DNA from: an uncultured Alphaproteobacteria bacterium
GTDB taxonomy: Bacteria; Pseudomonadota; Alphaproteobacteria; RF32; CAG-239
Length of the DNA: 64,000 bases
Assembly: GCA_949297415.1 (NCBI GenBank)
Contig: CASFSV010000041.1
Span: forward strand, 30,347 to 94,346
Direction: 5' to 3'
The notes beneath the pieces were generated by a model, which was not told the origin of the DNA, ran no database searches, and saw nothing but the letters and a program-made list of their open reading frames with translations. Positions 60,377 through 64,000 of the stretch are shown one piece after another; positions within the stretch are counted from its first letter, which is position 1; every line of letters starts with the position of its first letter. Made by a program: the position numbers and the translations under genes.

Positions 60377-61831
60377 TTATATCCTAACAAAATTAGCACC
60401 ACGTTCCAACTGATATGCGGTTTTGAAGATTGTACCCTCGTCAAAAGCCCGACCAATTAATTGCATACCCAAAGGCAAACCGTTCTGTGATAATCCGATA
60501 GGTAAACTCATAGCAGGAAGTCCTGCAAGGTTAACAGAAACGGTAAAGACATCATTGAGGTACATATTAATAGGGTTTTCTAACATTTTTGTATCACCAA
60601 TAGCAAAAGGTTCAACAGGAGAAGTTGGAGTTAGAATGACATCGCAATTTTGAAAAGCATTATCGAAATCATTTTTAATCAATCTGCGTACTTTTTGAGC
60701 TTTAAGATAATATGCATCATAGTAGCCAGCAGATAATACATAAGTACCAATAAGAATACGACGTTTAACTTCTGCACCAAAACCGGCTGTTCGAGTGTTA
60801 ATATAAAGATTATCTAAGTTATTACCTTCGACTCTTAAGCCATAGCGAATTCCATCATAGCGAGCCAAATTTGAAGAAGCTTCAGCTGGAGCAATAACAT
60901 AATAAGTTGGTAAAGCATATTTTGTATGAGGAAGATTGATATGAACTATCTCAGCTCCACATTCTTTAAGAATTTGAATGGCTTTATCCCAACAAGAAGC
61001 AACTTCAGGATTAAGTCCTTCTGGTCTATATTCCTCAGGAATACCGATTTTCAATCCCTTAATATCTTGTCCGATAAACGAAGAGAAATCAGGAACATCT
61101 CGCTTAGAAGACGTAGAATCTTTAGGATCATAACCAGCCATACTATTTAAGAGAATAGCGCAATCCGTAACATCTTTACAAATAGGTCCCGCCTGATCAA
61201 GGGATGAGGCAAAAGCAATAATACCATAACGAGAACATCTACCATAGGTAGGTTTAATTCCGGTAACCCCGCAAAAAGCAGCTGGTTCACGAATAGAGCC
61301 GCCAGTATCAGAAGCAGTAGCTGCAGCGCACATTTTCGCAGCAACAGCAGCAGCAGAACCACCAGAAGATCCTCCGGCCACAAGAGGTTTATCCTTACTC
61401 CAAGGGTTTACAACAGGACCATAGTAACTGGTTTCATTACTTCCCCCCATTGCAAATTCATCCATATTAAGTTTGCCAAGAAACAAGGCTCCGTCATCAA
61501 GAAGATTTTGAGTAACCGTTGATTCATATTGAGGAATAAAACCATCTAAGATATGAGAGCAAGCAGTTGTTTTAATACCTTTAGTACAAAAAAGGTCTTT
61601 AATACCAACAGGGATTCCCTCTAAAGGACGATTTACTTTATTTAGATAATTTTGTTCAGCAATGTAAGCATTTTTTAAAGCTTGTTCTGCAACTAAAGTA
61701 ACAAAAGCATTATACTTCTTATTATTATCTAATTTTTGAATATAAGCTTGGGTTAATTCTACGGGAGAAATTTCTTTCTCTTTCAATTTAGATAAAGCAT
61801 CAGCAACAGTAAGTTCCGTTAAATCAGTCAT
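60377..61831 (-). CDS. gatA: Asp/Glu-tRNA amidotransferase subunit A
   Basis: ORF 60377-61888, realistic start ATG 61831 ([13 protein letters not shown]), 5 nt after the gatC stop. Amidase signature [13 protein letters not shown]...[14 protein letters not shown]. Confidence 0.95.
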   Translation of the reverse strand: MTDLTELTVADALSKLKEKEISPVELTQAYIQKLDNNKKYNAFVTLVAEQALKNAYIAEQNYLNKVNRPLEGIPVGIKDLFCTKGIKTTACSHILDGFIPQYESTVTQNLLDDGALFLGKLNMDEFAMGGSNETSYYGPVVNPWSKDKPLVAGGSSGGSAAAVAAKMCAAATASDTGGSIREPAAFCGVTGIKPTYGRCSRYGIIAFASSLDQAGPICKDVTDCAILLNSMAGYDPKDSTSSKRDVPDFSSFIGQDIKGLKIGIPEEYRPEGLNPEVASCWDKAIQILKECGAEIVHINLPHTKYALPTYYVIAPAEASSNLARYDGIRYGLRVEGNNLDNLYINTRTAGFGAEVKRRILIGTYVLSAGYYDAYYLKAQKVRRLIKNDFDNAFQNCDVILTPTSPVEPFAIGDTKMLENPINMYLNDVFTVSVNLAGLPAMSLPIGLSQNGLPLGMQLIGRAFDEGTIFKTAYQLERGANFVRI

Positions 61832-61835
61832 TTTT

Positions 61836-62123
61836 TTACTCCACAACCTTCGGTACAACAAAATATCCAAACTCTTGCTCCGGAGCATTTTTTAGAATAT
61901 CTAGACTAATATGTCCGGCGGTAACGATATCTTTTCTTAAAGTCAAAGCCTCATCGTTAACGGAAGATAAAGGTTCTATATTATCTGTATTAACCTCACC
62001 AAGTTCTTCTACCCAATTAAGAATTTTATTAAATTCAGACTTTGTATCATCTAATTTTTCATTATCTACTCTAAGTTTTGCTAACAGAGCAATTTTTTTT
62101 ACGGTTTCGTTATCAACAGCCAT
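61836..62123 (-). CDS. gatC: Asp/Glu-tRNA amidotransferase subunit C
   Basis: 95-aa [20 protein letters not shown]...[19 protein letters not shown] is typical GatC. Confidence 0.9.
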   Translation of the reverse strand: MAVDNETVKKIALLAKLRVDNEKLDDTKSEFNKILNWVEELGEVNTDNIEPLSSVNDEALTLRKDIVTAGHISLDILKNAPEQEFGYFVVPKVVE

Positions 62124-62288
62124 AAGTAATCTCCTTTAAAATACCATAAATTACTAGCACTACTGATATTTTTTTCAAGTTTAAATTTACTAAACGCCCA
62201 CAAGAGTAAAGACAAAAACAAACGATTAAGCTTGCCAAATAAGGTTTTATAATATTTAATAACCAAACATAACAAGGAGGTAACAAAT

Positions 62289-63743
62289 TTGAGTATAAAA
62301 AGTATCCTAAAACAACATCCTCTGGTAATTTTCAGTTTCATCCATATTTGTGTATGGAGTTTTCTTCCTTTGCTTAGAACAGGTGTCCCTATGGATAGTT
62401 TAGAAGCTATATGGTGGGGGAAATATTGTATATGGGGAACAAATAAGCATCCCCCTCTTTCCGGTTTTCCAGCCTATGGAATATATCTCTTATTTGGGGG
62501 AAATATAAAAGCAATATATTTTCTAAGCCAAATATGTATATTAGTCGGTTTTTTGTATTTATATAAGTTGGCCTTAAAAATATTAAAATTTCCCAAAGCT
62601 GCAGTATTATCTGTTATGATATTAGAAGGTTGTGTTTTTTACGGATATTGCGCTCCAGAATACAATGTAAATGTTTTATCGTTAGCAATATGGCCGATGA
62701 GTGCATACTATTTTTATCAGGCTGTAACGGAAAATAAATTAAAATGGTGGATATTAGCAGCGATTGCTTGCGGATTAAATATATTAAACAAATATACGGG
62801 GGGACTACAGCTGCTTGGATTTGCACTAATAATGGTGCTAACAAAAGAGGGACGACAATGTCTAAAGTCATATAAGGCATACATTGGATTAGCTTTTTTT
62901 ATAATAATATTGTCGCCTCATATTTATTGGTTGTATAAGCATGATTTTATGGTTTTTGAATATTTCTCAGGTCGTAGCGGTAATGATATTTTAAGAAGCT
63001 ATACCAACCATATTGTATATCCATCAAAATTTTTAGCTTCTTTAATTTTTTATAGTTTAGGAAGCATATTGCTTTTTGCCAATACATTGAAAGGTACGAG
63101 TAAACATCAATTCAATATGAGAAAATTCGAAGATATATTTCTCATATATGCAGGTATATTTCCAATAGTGGTGGTGCTGATTTGTGGAATAATAAGTGGT
63201 AACCCTATAAAAAGTATGTGGGGCTTTCCATTGCTTTATTTGTTAGGAGTTATAATGTTTTCAAGACTAGGTGAAGATATACCTGAAGACTTATATATAA
63301 AAACACAAAAAATGGTTTATGTAATAATGTTTTTAATGGGATTAGCCTATAGTCTAAGTGTTTTATTAAGCAACAGTCCTAAATACAATCTTAACGGAGA
63401 ACAATTTGCTAAAGGATTTACGCAAAAATGGAAACAATATAGTGGTACGCCATTAAAATATGTATTTGGAGATGTATGGCTGTCAAGTGTTATGGCTATA
63501 GAAAGCACAGATAAACCAGCTCCTGTAATTTTTGGAAAAGCATATAGAAATCCTTGGCTGAAAGAGGAAGATATAAGGCGAAACGGAGGAATAATTTTTG
63601 CAGAAAATTTAAAAGAGTACAAAAAATATAGCGCAGATTATAAGAAAGTAACACCGCCTCAAGTAATAAAATTCAAATTTAGTAATATATTAGGGAAAAA
63701 ACGAGAAAAACGTTATTACTACGGTTTTATAGAAGGAGAGTGA
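62289..63743 (+). CDS. GT39-family (ArnT/PMT-like) membrane glycosyltransferase
   Basis: 484-aa multi-TM ORF. TTG start 8 nt after SD AAGGAGG. N-terminal D-x-motif region (GVPMDSLEAIWWGKY...NKHPPLSG) is typical of ArnT-like enzymes. Confidence 0.7.
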   Translation: MSIKSILKQHPLVIFSFIHICVWSFLPLLRTGVPMDSLEAIWWGKYCIWGTNKHPPLSGFPAYGIYLLFGGNIKAIYFLSQICILVGFLYLYKLALKILKFPKAAVLSVMILEGCVFYGYCAPEYNVNVLSLAIWPMSAYYFYQAVTENKLKWWILAAIACGLNILNKYTGGLQLLGFALIMVLTKEGRQCLKSYKAYIGLAFFIIILSPHIYWLYKHDFMVFEYFSGRSGNDILRSYTNHIVYPSKFLASLIFYSLGSILLFANTLKGTSKHQFNMRKFEDIFLIYAGIFPIVVVLICGIISGNPIKSMWGFPLLYLLGVIMFSRLGEDIPEDLYIKTQKMVYVIMFLMGLAYSLSVLLSNSPKYNLNGEQFAKGFTQKWKQYSGTPLKYVFGDVWLSSVMAIESTDKPAPVIFGKAYRNPWLKEEDIRRNGGIIFAENLKEYKKYSADYKKVTPPQVIKFKFSNILGKKREKRYYYGFIEGE

Positions 63744-63744
63744 G

Positions 63745-64000
63745 ATGACAAAAAAAATTATAAGTATAGTAATATCAGCCTATAATGAAGAAGGGAATAT
63801 TGAGGAACTATATAAAGAGTTAATTAATAATACTAAAAAAGATAAAAATATCGGGTTAAAATATCGATTTGAATATGTTTTTGTAAATGACGGTTCTGGA
63901 GACAATACGCTACAAAAAATAAAACAATTACAAAAACAAGATGGTGATATCCGAATAGTAAATTTAAAAAGAAATTTTGGTCATGAAATAGCAATGACGG
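63745..64000 (+). CDS. GT2-family glycosyltransferase (ArnC/GtrB-like), 5' part only
   Basis: ATG 63745, 1 nt after the GT39 stop. MTKKIISIVISAYNEEGNIEELY...FVNDGSGDNT is the GT2 N-terminal signature. Runs off the window. Confidence 0.75.
   Translation, partial: MTKKIISIVISAYNEEGNIEELYKELINNTKKDKNIGLKYRFEYVFVNDGSGDNTLQKIKQLQKQDGDIRIVNLKRNFGHEIAMT

Overview
AT-rich (hand-sampled about 30-35% G+C), densely coding chromosomal segment. It looks alphaproteobacterial and probably host-associated or genome-reduced. Supporting synteny: rluD-rpoH adjacency, pyrH-frr-uppS-cdsA-rseP-bamA-lpxD-fabZ, tolC followed by a PopZ/DUF2497-like gene, gatCAB, and yajC-secD-secF. Most of the window is housekeeping: recN 3' end, tgt, an RND efflux triad, rpoH, rluD, ligA, infC, class II fba, tRNA-Ser(GCU), glgP, tolC, comF, sufS-sufT-sufE, sufB, plsY, dprA, topA, an M23/LysM peptidase, and ArnT-like GT39 plus GT2. 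No rRNA, CRISPR array, IS element, transposase or integrase was seen. Regions worth a second look: (1) 14.4-22.3 kb, a seven-gene same-strand cluster built around an orphan VirD4-type coupling protein with no channel genes nearby. It is preceded by two acidic coiled-coil proteins and two membrane proteins that share a paralogous N-terminal module. One of those membrane proteins carries a NERD / PD-(D/E)xK-like C-terminal domain. (2) 28.0-31.1 kb, a compositionally foreign three-gene islet beside tRNA-Ser: a TerB-like protein, an unknown 301-aa helical protein, and a roughly 47% G+C lipoprotein gene. (3) A SucC/SucD-like pair fused into the suf-comF operon, whose alpha subunit has lost the catalytic phosphohistidine. 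(4) A promoter, 23-codon leader ORF and terminator/antiterminator arrangement upstream of a GNAT gene. (5) Several miniaturised or degenerate proteins: a mini-PopZ, a MinD/FlhG-like protein without P-loop lysines, and infC with a probable AUA start. All assignments come from reading the translations and motifs by eye. No database search was run.
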